From Scyliorhinus canicula (taxonomy: Eukaryota), in assembly GCF_902713615.1 (NCBI RefSeq), contig NW_024055843.1, positions 270,200 through 334,199 of the forward strand: a stretch of 64,000 nucleotides of DNA, read 5' to 3'. Position 1 is the first letter of the stretch; each line of letters begins with the position of its first letter. Of this stretch, positions 50,271-62,991 are shown one piece after another. Position numbers and translations under genes: made by a program. The notes under the pieces are model-generated. The model made no database searches, was not told the origin of the DNA, and worked only from the letters and a program-made list of their open reading frames with translations.

Positions 50271-53200
50271 AATATTCATAATTTTTCTGCCGTGTCGGCC
50301 TCCAGTGTCGGCCATGAGCTGAGTGCTGGCTCTCGTCGAAGAACTATTGGCGCCAGCCTCTTACCCGCCCAAACCGGCACCCAAATACTCATAACCCCGC
50401 GGACTAACCCCCATTGACCGCACTGCCAAACAGAATGGGAAAGAATCAATGAGCCGCCAGCCGAGAATCCAGTAAGGACGAGGGAAAGGGAAAGCTCAGC
50501 CTCGGAGCTGGGAACTGCGCGTGGAGACACAGAAACAGCGAGGGGGGACCCGCAGCGCTCCCAGCACAGGCCCTGGCGCTGATGGACAGATTGATGGGCT
50601 TCATTACCCTCGAGCTCCAGGGACATGGGGAGGAGATGAGAAAAAAACCTTGTGGCAGCCGGCGAGGCGGCTGTGGAAGCTGCGATGCCCCTCCACACCC
50701 ACCTCCCTCCAAGAGTGAGGCTCTGGACAGTGTGGAGCAGAGGCTACAGGCCCAGGAGATGACAACAACGGACCTCGAAAAAGCCACCTCGAACCGAGGG
50801 GATGGATGGCGGGACTCGAGGCTGAGGTAGCAAACTGGCCAGAACCCAGAAAGGGTTGAAGAACAAACGCGAAGACCAGGAGAACTGATCGCGTCGGCAA
50901 AACCTAAAAATCGTGGAGCTGCCGGAGGGAATGAAAGGGAAAAATCGTGCAGAATATGTAGTTGCAACATCGGAAGCTGGTCGGCGAGGATGGCTTCGCC
51001 AAACCGCTGGAGGCGCATCGCGCCCACAGTTCAATTCAGCAACGACCGATGGCTGGGGAACAAGTGTGGGCGATAATCGTGAGGCTCCCAGGTACCAGGA
51101 CAAGCGCCGATCCTGAGGTGGGTGAAGAGTGCGAGAGGATATAAGTGGGAAGAACATTCCTTCCGCCTGCACCAGGACATTGCTTCTCACCTGGCACGCG
51201 CTGGGCTGAATTCAACGGTGCAAATTCACGCTGCACCAAGGTGGGGTGCAGTTTGGCAAACTCCACCTTCAAAGTTATTGGTACACACCAGCGTAAAGAA
51301 CATTACTTTGACACCCCGGAGGAAGGCAACAAATTTCTCAAGAAAAATAGACTGAGCAACCAACGAAAGAGAGCAAAGGCCAAATCGCGGCTGGCAAGAA
51401 GTGGAGAGAGAGAGGGGCGACTACAGGCAGAGGCGCGGAGAGAGGTTCAGGGGACAGAGGAACACAGTCGTTAGGTAGAGGAACCCGACTCTTAGTGGAG
51501 TCGCGATCCACCTCCGGGGGCTTGGCGAAGCCCTCCTCGCCGACCAGCTTCCCGATGTCTCCGCTACATATTTCGCAGGATTCCTACACTAGCGAACAGG
51601 CTGGTGTACCAAGTGACAGCGAAGGAGGATGCCACGTCGCGCCGCCCCGGGGGTAGGGAGCCTCTGGCAGAGGGGAAGGGAAAACAGAATTTCAGGGAAA
51701 ACAAATGGCAAAAGGGGCGGATTGGGGGAGGTAGAAAAGGGGTGAAGCTAAGGATGGATGGGGGACTGGGCGTGGGGAACACAATGGAAGTGGTGACAGG
51801 CGGGAAGCAGAGGAGGGTGGGGTAGGAGAGAGTAGAAGGATAGAGTTCTGCTTGCAGCAGAGAACACGTGGAAATGGCAAAAATTAGGAAATAGTCGGCG
51901 GCCATCTTGAATGGCCCGAGAGCAAGGTCAGGCATGGGTGAATAGTGCAAGGCCCACAGGCTGGGGGGGGGGGGGGGGGGGGGGAGGGTGTGTGTGTGTG
52001 CGGGGGGCAATCCAGACAGCGACATAGAACGTGCGGGCCCTCAACAGGCCGGTGAAGAGATGCAGAGCCCTGGCCCATTTCAAGGGTGGACGTAGCCTTT
52101 CTACAGGAGATACACATATGACAGTGGAAGTGACTGCGGGTAAGGAAGGGCTGGGTGGGACAGACGTTTCGTTCATGTATCGATACTCGGACAAGGGGGT
52201 GGGGACATACTAATCAACAGGACAGTTTCATATATAGAGACGAGCACAGTGAGGGATCCGGGGAGGGGTAGATATTATGAGCGGCAGAACCCTGCAAGGG
52301 GTCACAATAGTCTTGGTAAGCATATTTGTCCTCAACTGGGACAATGCAGATTTCCTTACAAAAACCATGGCTGAAATGCCGGACCCAGGCACCCACCGAC
52401 TTATCAGGTGGGCGGACGTTAACTGCATACAGGACGCGACAACGGCCAGATCCAACCCTGGGTCAGGAACGCGTCAGGTACGGCACGGGAACTGAACGCC
52501 TTCATGGAGGAGATCGGGGCGGGTTGGGGGGGGGGGAGGGAGAGAGGGCGGGGTGTGAGGGAGATGGTGAGACCCGCGGAGGTTCAATCACCAAAGAGAA
52601 AAATAGTTCTGCTTCAACTGCCACGTGCATAAGGCCAACACACATAGATCGTTTTGCCTTCGGGAAAAGGTTGCTTCCAGTAGTAACAAAGTGGGAATAT
52701 TCTGCGATTATGATCTTCGACCACACGCCACATTACATGGACATGAGTTTGGAGAAGGGCCGGGCACAACGCCTCCATGGAGGCTGGGCGCAGCTCCTTC
52801 GCCGATAAGGAAGTATCTACAAAGAGAACCCAAACCATCAACGGTTATGTAACCTGCAACCAGAATGGAGGTCTCACCCTCCACATTCTGGGAGGCAGTG
52901 AAGGCGATGATCATGGACGAAATCCGCCCACAGGACTCTTAGGGACAGGAGTAATAGTGCAGCCAAGCAGCAGCTGATTGACTCCACACTGGAGAAGGAT
53001 CACTGGGACTCCATTGCTCCAGTCTTGGAACTCCAAGAGGAGAGGAAAAAGCTGCGGATGGAAATTGATCTGTTCTCCACAAGGAAGGCCAGGCACAGGG
53101 GGCCTTCTACGAAGATGGAGACAAGACCAGCGATATGATGGGGCAGAATATGGACAGAGATAGTGGGTTGGTAGCAGAACCAAATCATAGATTCATATAA

Positions 53201-54620
53201 TTTACAGTGGAGGCCATTCGGCCCATCGGGCCTGCACCGGCACCGGCTCCTGGAAACAGCAGCTCACTCAAGCCTCGCTCCACCCTATGCACATTACCTA
53301 GTACCCACAACCAACCTTTCTTTTTCGACACTAAGGGTAATTTATGAAAATGAATATCGCTTATTGTCACAAGTAAGCTTCAAATGAAATGAAAATGAGT
53401 TATTGTCACGAGTAGGCTTCAATGAAGTTACTGCGAAAAGCCCCTAGTCGCCACATTCCGGCGCTTGTCCGGGGAGGCTGGTACGGGAATCGAACCGTGT
53501 TGCTAGCCTGCTTGGTCTGCTTTAACAGCCAGCGATTTAGTCGAGTGAGCTAAACCAGCCCCATCACGGCCAAGCCACCTAACCTACACATCTTTGGATT
53601 GCGGGAAGAACCGGAGCACCTGGAGGATAGCCACGTGGACACAGGGAGATCGTGCAGGTTCCACACAGACAGTGGCCCAACCCGGGACCCCAGAGCTGTG
53701 AAGCAACGGTGCTATCCACTGTGCTACCATGGCACCCAAACGAGATCAAGATGTTTTGAAAACTTTTCCTGAGGGCTATACACCTCCGGACGACCGGGGG
53801 GGGGGGGGGGGGGGGAGAATCTTTGATGGCACAGTTCCTTGAGAGACTGGACATACCGGTGGTCGGGATGGACAGGAAACGAGGGATGGAAGCACCACTA
53901 GAGCTGGGCGAAAACCTGGAATACATTAGTTCCATCAGACAGGGACAACGCAAGGACCAGATGGGTTCCGATAGGTGTTTACAAAAGATATGCAGCACCG
54001 CTGGCCAGGTACCTACGGGATTCTTCCATGACGCGCTGTCAAAGGGGGCCCTGCCGGCCACGCTGGCACAGGCCTCGATACTTTTGACCTCCAAGAAGGG
54101 CAGAGACCTGACAGAGTGTGAATCATACAGGCGCATCTCTCTATTAAACTCTGATGCAAGAGTCCTGGCGAAAGTACAGCCTGGAGAGCTGCCTGCCAGA
54201 AGTGATTCTGCAAGATCAGATCTGTGAAGGGCAGACAGCTAACAGCCATCATCAGATGTAATACTGACCCCAACCATAGAGAGGACAACAGAGGTGACCG
54301 TCTCCCTGGCCACTGAGAAAGTGTTCAATCGTGCTAGAACGGAGGCACCTCATGGAGGCACTTAAAAGGTTTGGGTTTGGAGCAGTGTTCGCTGCGTGGG
54401 TGAAGGTCCTGTACAGCGCTCCAACAGTGAGCATACGGACGAACGCCACTAACTCTGAATATTTTAGGCTGCGTGGGGAACGAGGGAGGGGGGCCGGCAT
54501 AACCACTCCTGTTCACGCTGTCAATTGAACCACTGGCCATCACTCTTAGATCGGCGGTATTGTGGACGGGCATTCGGAGAAACGGCAGAGAGCATAGATC
54601 CTCACAGTATGCAGATGGAA
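50270..54620 (+). mobile_element. Long degenerate L1-like LINE (ORF1, EN and RT pieces) with SINE insertions at about 53170-53740
   Basis: SRRQNLKIVELPEGM-type ORF1; YRRISLLNSDARVLAK and EALKRFGFG..WVKVLYSAP RT motifs; many frameshifts. Confidence 0.8.
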
Positions 54621-54864
54621 CTTACATGTCGAACACAACATGGGAAATAGATCTATATTAATTTAGAGTACCCAATTCTTTTTTTAACCAATTAAAGTGC
54701 AATTTAGCGGGGCCAATTCACGTACCCTGCACATCCTTTCGGGTTGTGGGGCTAAGACCCACGCACGGGTAGAACCCAGGGCCGGGATCAAATACGGGTC
54801 CTCGGCGCTGTGAGGCAGCAGTGCTAACCACAGCGCCACCATGCTGTCCTCCGCATTTGGTTTT

Positions 54865-56690
54865 ATTTATTGTCACCTGTACCGAAGTACAGTGAAAAGT
54901 ATTTTTCTTCAGCCAAGAGAACGTACACAGTACATACAGAGTATTCAAAAAAAAGAATAATCGGCAGAGTACATCGACAAATGGTATATTGACAAATAGT
55001 GATTGGTTATAGGGCGGAACAAGAAGCCACGCAAAGCAAATACGTGAGTAAGAGCAGCACAAGGCGGCGTGAATAGTGTTCTTACACTGTACAGATCAGT
55101 CCGAGGGGGAGTTGTTGAGGAGTCTAGTAGCTGTGGAGAATAAGCTGTTCCTATGTCTGGATGTGCGGGTCTTCAGACTTCTGTACAATCTGCCTGATGG
55201 GAGGGTCTGGACGAAGGCAATGCCTGGGTGGGCGTGGTCTCTGATAATGCTGTCTGCCTTCCTGAAGCAGCGGGAGGTGTAGACAGAATCAATATGGGGG
55301 TGGCAAGATTGTGTGATGCGTTGGGCTGAGTTCACCACAATCTGCAGCTTGTAGTCTTGGGCCATACCACACTGTGATGCAGCCGGATAGGATGCTCTCT
55401 GTCGCACATCTGCAGTAGTTTGTGAGAGTCGATGCAGACATGCCACATTTCTTTAGCTTCTGTAGGAACTAGAGACGTTGTAGGGATTTCTTGACTGTTG
55501 CATCAACGTGAGTGGACCAGGACAGACTGTTGGTGATGGTGATCCCCAGGAACTTAAATCTATCAACCATCTCCACTTTCGACCATTGATGCAGACCACT
55601 GGTCTGGTAGGTGCTGTTACCTATCCTGACAGATTATGGTCTGTTGGTGAGGAAGTCAAGGATCCAGCTGCACAGGGAGGGGTCAAGTCCAACATTGCAG
55701 AGTTTGCTTATTATTGTTGTCGGGATTATAATGTTAAAGGCGGAGCTGTAGTCGGTGAACAGCAGTCTCACGTAGGTGTCCTGTTGCCGAGGTGTTCAAG
55801 TGTTGATTGTAATGCCAGTGAGATAGCATCTGCTAGGGATCAGTTGTGGTGATAGGCGAACTGCAGTGGATCGAGACCGTCTGGGAGGCTGGCAGTGATC
55901 CGTCTCATAACTAGCGGCTCGAAGCATTTCATGGTAACAGACGTCAGGGCCACGATAGTTGATTTAAAAATATAAATTTAGAGTACCCAAACCATTTTTT
56001 CCAATTAAGGGGCAATTTGGCAGGGCCAATCCAGCTACCCGCCACATCTTCCCGTACCCCAGCCTCCCCGAACAGGCGCCGGAATGTGGCGACGAGGGGT
56101 TTTTCACAGTAACTTCATTTGAAGCCTACTTGTGACAAAAAGCGATTTTCATTTAATTTCATCTTTGGGCTGTGGGTACGAAACCCACACAAACATGGAG
56201 AGATTGTGCAAACTCCACACAGACAGGGACCAGAGCCAGGATCGAACCTGGGATCTTGTCGCCGTGAGGCAGCCGTGCCAACGATTGCGCCAGCGTGCTA
56301 TCCCCGGTCGGTAGTCGTTGAGGCAGGCTGCCTTGTTCTTCTTTGGTCCTGGTGCTACGGTGGTCTTCTTGAAGGAGGTGGGGACCTCAGAGCGGAGGAG
56401 TGAGGTGGTGAAGATATCAACAAATACACTCGCCAGCTGGTCAGCGCAGGCTCTGAGTGCTCACCCGGGGACTCCATCGGGGCCCGTCGCTTTCCGCGGG
56501 TTCACAGTCAAGAAAGGAGCTCTTAACTCTGAGGCTGTAACAGTGGCTATGGGTGTTTCCAGGGATGTTGGGACTGGTGGCACTGATGCATTGCTAACTG
56601 CTCAAAGCGGGCATAGAACTTATTCAGATCACCGGCTCCAGATCAAGATATTCTGCCTGGCCTTGCTTTGTCGCCTGTGATCTCGTGTAA
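54865..56690 (-). mobile_element. Rex1/Babar-like LINE fragment with SINE insertions at about 55950-56300
   Basis: TLPSGRLYRSLKTRTSRHRNSLFSTATRLLN C-terminal signature (55096-55446). Confidence 0.7.
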
Positions 56691-57338
56691 GCCATGCCAT
56701 AGACGTCCTGGGCTTGTATTCTTGGCCTGATACAAGACAGAATTAGACATTGTGTTGGAGAGAGTGAACCAGGGCTCTATTCCGCTCCCTGCAGTGCAGG
56801 GGGAGTGGGTGCTCTATTGCGACCTCACTCGCTTCCCATCCTACCGGCTTTGCCGATACCATCAGGTGAGTTTGTGACGCTCGTGCTTGAATTTGGCGCC
56901 CTCTGCTGCCGGATTCTGTTAAAATCCGTGTTTGAATTCGGTTGTTCAGTGGATTCAGATTTATTGAAAAACAGCTGTTTAGACACTGTCTTTGTGACGA
57001 TTGGTGTTGTAATCAGAACATGGTTCTTAATCTGTGCAAATGATCGCTGGAGTTCTGTTTAAACCCTGGGTCCGACGAAAGAATGTCAAGACTTTGGAGG
57101 ACATGCGGAGGTTAGATATAAGATTAATGGCAGGGCTGAACAGACTAGTTTTGTTTATTTTGTTTATAACGAAGGTACAAAAGGAACTAAACGGATGTGC
57201 GCAGAATTTTGTTTATTCCCGAGGCGAGAGGGTCCGGAATTATTTCCATTAATTGGACGTTCAATGTCCCAGAAAAAAGAACCCGAATGATATTTCATGT
57301 TGCAGGATTAGGGAGAGATAATCTAACGAGGACTTTGA

Positions 57339-57399
57339 GGCACGGACTGGATTGGAACCCGCGCTCAAAACCAACGCCTTTCCTCTTGGCCACCGCACC
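57339..57399 (-). pseudogene. tRNA-like remnant (Leu/Ser-type A and B boxes, anticodon arm largely deleted)
   Basis: GGTGCGG and CCGTGCC can pair as an acceptor stem; TGGCCAAGAGG..AGGCGTTGG and GGGTTCCAATCC; only 61 nt long. Confidence 0.4.
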
Positions 57400-57946
57400 G
57401 AGTGCAATTTGAAGGCGTTCATTGCACCATGAGTTGTTACCATTTGGAGTCTGGCTCCAAAATTGATAAAAGAAGAAGAATTAATAGAACATTTCAAAAG
57501 ATATTGTCAGAACTTGAGAACGGAAAACCACACGGGATTTAAATATAGGGTGAAAAAGGCAATATAAATACCTCTTACAAATAGCTGCAGGTAGCGTCAG
57601 TGGAATCTGGTCCCTTCCCGCCCCTCCGACACTGTATTGTTTTCAGTGAGTTGAGCAGTGAGCGGGTGCGGGATGGTCACAGGCTGCTGGATGTTCAAAT
57701 GTCGGTATTTCCGCTTACTTACTTGTGACTGCAGCTGATCACACATTTCAGCTTTTTGTCTGTGGTGTCTCCGGTCACAGTTTCCGTTTGGTGCTCTCGC
57801 TCTAACACCATTGTGATATTCTAGACATTGCTGCCGCTGCTCGATTCTTGTCTTTCATTGGATCTCTGTGCAGTGGGACCTGAATCTGGATTGCTGCTCT
57901 GACAGATAATTGGCTGCGCTGAAGAGCGATTGATTCAGGAACTATC

Positions 57947-58417
57947 GCGGGGAACCGCCTCTCGCTCATCTCGTTATGATCTCGATGCTCAGTATTTCCT
58001 TCACTGCAAAACCCCCATTCTCCCCTCACTGAGTAACCAGATATTATTGTAAATTAAATAATGATGATGCTGCTGCGAGTGACCCTGACGTTGGTCAATA
58101 TGAGGCTGATTCTGAATTTTGAAATTATTATTGATTTCTGGCCGTTTCTATCAGACTGGAGCCACCAACGCCCAATGGAACAGTTGGACGTTGAAATGAG
58201 GGTAGGAGAGGATATTGACGTCACACATCGATACAATCGATCCTAACGATCCTGATATACAGTCAGTATCGGGGGAGAATCTGCATAGCAGCAAAGGTAG
58301 AAGTGATTTCAATGAGACACACATCCAGATAAATACTAGTACACAAATATAATTATTGCTATATATGTCTGCGTCGACAGCCACATTATGGAAGAAAGAC
58401 AGAGGATAACAGAAACA
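57947..58417 (+). pseudogene. Heavily degenerate leader plus V-like exon with an RSS-like remnant
   Basis: Inverted homolog of the 160-205 leader (ATG lost); CTATCAG acceptor at 58154; VGEDIDVTHRY, stop-Y at the WY position, AIYVC; CACATTA, 20 nt, ACAGAAACA. Confidence 0.45.
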
Positions 58418-58809
58418 AACCGCCACTGAGAGGGGGAGGGGTAGGTTGTGGTGGGGGGGGGGGGGAGATATTCATCTCTCAATGTAGATGCGAGAGGCCG
58501 ACCAGAAAGACCATCGCCTTTAATAATGATCATGTGAAAATGGAGAAAGACGGGATATGTAGATCTTTGATTCTTTGTTTCTGAGGGAGCTTCCGGAAGT
58601 GGATATTCCAAGCTTAAATTTACTGTGCATGGCGACATTCAGACGCATCTCACGAATCCCAAACGGCTTCTCTATTGACCTGTACGAGGACAGAGACAAC
58701 AATGAAACTGGTGGATAAATAGACTTGAGTGTTTTTCTGAAGCGAGATCAAAGCATTTCCCGGGACAAGGGCAGGAACACAACATTAGTGGATTGAAAAT
58801 ACTCTCTGA

Positions 58810-58848
58810 GATTTTTGTACGTGGTTTTAGCTGCTATGTGACACTGTG
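58810..58848 (-). other. 23-RSS (CACAGTG, 23 nt, ACAAAAATC)
   Basis: Perfect heptamer abutting the V end. Confidence 0.9.
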
Positions 58849-59131
58849 CTCATTGCACAGTAATATACCGCTCCATCCTCCACACTGAGCGCGTTAATAT
58901 TGAGATAACCATTCTTTTTAGCGGCCGCTAGATATCACCCTGAGATCTCCTCATTCTTCATCGTCAATGTGTTAATGATGATCAATCTCAGCGGCTGTGC
59001 CGGTTTTTGCTGATATCATAGCATGTTATACATAGTGGGGTCTGTATGTTTGCAATCTAACTGCACTGTACCCCCTTCTGATGCGGATATTGTCACCGGT
59101 GACTGAGTTACTGGATCTGCGCATAATCCGC
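58849..59131 (-). pseudogene. TCR V pseudogene with two in-frame stops; leader ATG at 59237 with no canonical donor
   Basis: GLCADPVTQSP..GGTVQLDC..ML-stop-YQQKPAQP..SG-stop-YLAA..SVEDGAVYYCAM; conserved Trp changed to TGA. Confidence 0.9.
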
Positions 59132-59409
59132 CTGCGGAAATATGCAATATCAAGAGTAAATCGCAATTTGCGAGAATCTGAGAGTGAGTTGTCCGTCCGA
59201 GAAACACGCGGCTGGTGGACCGGAGAATCCAGCCCATAATCTAGTACTTACTGTGCAAGAGCGCCGCCAGTATTAACAGAGACATGTCTGGCTGAATCTC
59301 TCTGAGTGAATGGGACTGGAATGAGGCAGAGATTGAGAAGCAGAGAGGGAACCCGGGCTCTGTTCAGCTCATTGTTCCAGCCACACATTGCAGGGGGTCA
59401 GGCCTATTG

Positions 59410-59419
59410 TGACATCACT
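59410..59419 (-). promoter_or_regulatory. CRE-like TCR V promoter decamer AGTGATGTCA
   Basis: Matches the AGTGAYRTCA decamer about 175 nt upstream of the leader ATG at 59237. Confidence 0.55.
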
Positions 59420-59594
59420 CCGGATACCATCTCCATTGATTTGTCAATGCTATCACGTGACTTAATCAGGCCCATGCTTGACATTTGATCCCTCTACTGG
59501 CGGGTCCTTACTAATACATTTTAGGATGAGTCATTGAGTTGATTCGGTGAGTATTTTATGTGCAGACATGAGCGTTTTCCAGAAAGCTAAATTT

Positions 59595-59940
59595 CAGCGC
59601 GGTGGCACAGTGGTTAGCACTGCTGCTTCACAGCTTCAGGGACCCAGGTTCAATTCCGGCCTTGGGTTCCGATGTGGAGTGTCCACCTCCTTCCCGTGTC
59701 TGCGTGGATTTCCTTCGGGTTCTCCGGTTTCTTCCCACAGTCCAAAGATATGTGGGTTAGGTGGATTGTCTGTGCTGCATTGTCCCTCGGTGTCAGGGAT
59801 ATGTGGGTTCTGTTCAAGGGTTATAGGAATAGAGCGTGAAAGTGGGCTTAGGTGGATTACTCTTTCAGAGGGTCGGCGCAGACAATGGCCGAATGTCCTC
59901 CTTCTGCACTGTGGAGAGTCTATGATTCTATTCTATAAAT
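59595..59940 (+). mobile_element. HE1-like SINE
   Basis: Consensus head, core and tail. Confidence 0.8.
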
Positions 59941-61518
59941 TGGAGCCATTTAAACACAGGTTTTGCCACGGTTGCTATTTATATCGAAACGTGATCCTAA
60001 CTCTGGAGAAATTATGGTGCAAATAGTGAAAGACAAAGTACAAGGAATGTTCGCATGTTGGAGAGAGTGACCACATTATATATCACAAGAGTACCCGGAA
60101 TGGATTATTTTGCTTGTCACAAAAAAAGGTAGGAAGGACAATAAATTTACCTCTCCAGAATTTTGCCCTTGTGCTGGAGTAGATCGCATGTAATTATTTC
60201 CATTGGTTAAAGATTCAATTACAAAATCACATCAATTTCATGGAAAAATGGATAGTGAGAGATGAATTTTATTTTTTCCATTATGATTTCTTATTATCCG
60301 GAATACCGCATCAATATGATGAAGGGAGAAGATATTCAGGAAATTGTCAAATGGATATTGCCGTAAGTTGAAAACGGAAGGCAACGTGGAAAATACGGGT
60401 GTGAACGCCGCTAGGGGGTCGCACTTTCAAATAGGCCTCATTCCGTTCCCTAAATGTTTGAGATTCTGGGTCCTTTCTGGCCACATACTTCTTTTTCTGT
60501 TTCCTCAGTCACTGGAACACTGAAAAGGTGCAGAATGGGCACAAACTTCTGGAGACTCAATCGCTGATATTTCCACTCCATCAATTGCGATGGCAGCTGA
60601 TAATTTGATCAGTTTTAAATCTGTGATATTGCTGAACATTGCGTTATTGTGTTTACTTCTCTCGGTTTAACTCAATTGTGCTATTGCAGACATTGCTTCC
60701 TAGGGCCCATTTCTGTCGTTCGTTCGGTCAGCGGTTCAGTTCGACTGGATTTTGTATTTCTACTTGAGTTCAAAGATGTGCATTTTCGGCATTTCTGGCA
60801 CGGAGATTTGGAACATTCCACATGTGGAATTAGCCTCTCTATACGTCCATCACATCAATGTAAAGACATGAAGGTTGACTTCCAGTCAGTACATAAAAGA
60901 ATCACAGCATTTGCATTGCTTTCTGCTAGATATCATCTTCTAATTCCGGTATCGTCACTGTAACTAGCGATTGCATTGTGTTTATAAACCCCTGTAAGGA
61001 GACCAGGACAAAGATTTATGTGTGCACTAAGGCTGGTCTGATGTCTGTTTGACGTGGTTGTCCTGCTTTCCAAATTTATTCTTACCAGAATTTAACTTTA
61101 TTTAAAGTTTTAAGCGTCTTTCCAACAATTAATGTTACCCGCATCTCAGCGAGGTCAGAGGATCCGCATTGCTGCTGGTTCTTGATTCCAGGGACAACTT
61201 ATGTCTCAGAAACCAGCAGAACATGCAACAAGTTAAAGTTGAGAGCATTGGGTCAGGCGGCTCTGACGGCACTACCTATCGAACGAATGATGGGAAGAGC
61301 AGGGTTCGGTGGATCTGATTGGTCTGATGTCAACTATTTAACCACACGTTTATTCCAGAGAACTGAGGCAGTTGCCGTGGATTCTGCTGATCAGAGCGTT
61401 ACCAAAACACACAGACTTGATCCTTAATCCTTCATATTCTGCTCAAAACTGCCAAGCCGACGCCATTTATTCCATATAATAGGAGGAATTGGCGGAACTG
61501 AAAGCCTTCACTGCTCAC

Positions 61519-62354
61519 TTGTCCTCTCGATGGGTCTTTATACTAGCCGTAGTAGCTGTAATGACCAGTGAGAATTTCGGTGAATGGGAGCTACCGGCAT
61601 TGTTGGCAGCACATTAAGAGCTATTTCCCTTCACTTTACCCATCTCGCAAAGTGAAACTGTTGAAGAGACAACATTGTGTTTAATTCCTGTTCCCTGTTC
61701 GATTCACTGCTTCCCGCCCTGATGTCATGAATTGGAGCATGAATGAGCTCCCAGCTGATTGGATCAAGACTGGATCAAAGACCCCATGAACTAATTGGGT
61801 AAAAGGTGATGATCTGTCAGGAATGAACTAATCGGCAAAGATACCAGGTGTTACTCATCCCGAACCCAACACATCACAAATATAATTTCAGGTTCAAATC
61901 CGCTGTCAGCTCTCTGCAAACATGTGGGTTGTTGCTTTTTATTCATTCCTCACAACTGCAGCTCTCTTAACTGAGAAGTTTACAGAATACAAAATCTCCA
62001 TCGTGCAGGCAATGTGTTCTGTGTTTTCTCTTTATTTCTGTCAAGCGTTAGTGGTTTAGACTCAGCCTCACAGGAACCCATTTCCGCGACACATTTTGAA
62101 GGAGACTCCGTGATAATTAATTTCAGCTATTCGACCACTGCAGATTCGCATGTTTTACAGCTGTAAAACAGCTGGGGCCCGGATATATCCCCCATATTTT
62201 TGGTCGACATCCCGAAATACGGAGATGTTTTCAGGGCAGAGGGCGTGTGGACTCGACTTTCAGCGTCTCTCGACACTTCGAAAAGTGAGGGGAATTTCAC
62301 CATCCGGGAGCTGCGGCTGTCTGACAGCGCGGTGTATTACTGCGGACTGGGAGA
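61519..62354 (+). pseudogene. TCR V pseudogene in opposite orientation (leader 61519-61567, V exon 62045-62354)
   Basis: Leader TTG-SSRWVFILAVVAVMT with GTGAGA donor (ATG lost); acceptor CAG>CAA; first Cys>Phe, Trp>Leu, TAA stop; LSDSAVYYCGLG is intact. Confidence 0.88.
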
Positions 62355-62393
62355 CACAGTGACAGCGACCAGAGGGAGCCTCGTACAAAAACA
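62355..62393 (+). other. 23-RSS (CACAGTG, 23 nt, ACAAAAACA)
   Basis: Near-consensus heptamer and nonamer. Confidence 0.92.
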
Positions 62394-62757
62394 CTGCCGC
62401 AGCGTAACAGAGTGGACGGAATTGTGGACTGTGGAGGGATGTATCGCTACTACTAGCAATGAGCAGATGGACTGGAGAATGGAGCCACAAGACAGTTCCC
62501 AGAAGTTCTGAATAGAGGTGTTAGATGGCATATTTGATTCACTCAATAATGAGCAATTGAATGGAAACATTTAAGGTTTATTTGACAAACTGACATTTTA
62601 AAATAGGTTAAATTGAAAATTTCTCCTGTTGATTGTCTTTGTATTTTTCCGCTTTGTTTGATACGACACGAAGCCAAAAAAAATCTGAGAACATATTTCC
62701 TTTCATCCCCGCCTCAAATTAAGTCTTTTTAGTGAATAAAATGCTCGGAACACCTTC

Positions 62758-62806
62758 ATCCACATTCAGTACTTGTATTTTCTTTCTTCAAGGCTGTTTC
62801 TTTCAG
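62758..62806 (+). pseudogene. Possible leader exon (start codon ATC) for the V at 63829
   Basis: 49 nt, phase 1, hydrophobic IHIQYLYFLSSRLFLS, GTGAGT donor. Confidence 0.45.
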
Positions 62807-62920
62807 GTGAGTCGAAGATCAATTAGGGATCAAGTTTTCTGTGTTTTCCGGTCTCGCGCTGATTATCAAAATGCACGGCAACTGCTTCAATTCCCTGGAA
62901 TAAACATGTATTGTTAAATA

Positions 62921-62991
62921 GGTGACATCAGACCAATCAGATCCAGCTAACCCAGCTCTTTCTATCATTCGTTCCATAGGTAGTGACGTCA
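62921..62991 (-). promoter_or_regulatory. TCR V promoter-like module (AGTGACGTCA, CCAAT, GGTGACATCA)
   Basis: Exact CRE decamer at 62982-62991; an inverted copy lies upstream of the leader at 61519. Confidence 0.55.

Noticed and set aside
58460-58679. Strong minus-strand acceptor followed by the V-like words CTVNL and KGDGLSGR
   Set aside because: Motifs are scattered over different frames with no YYC or RSS; too weak to call
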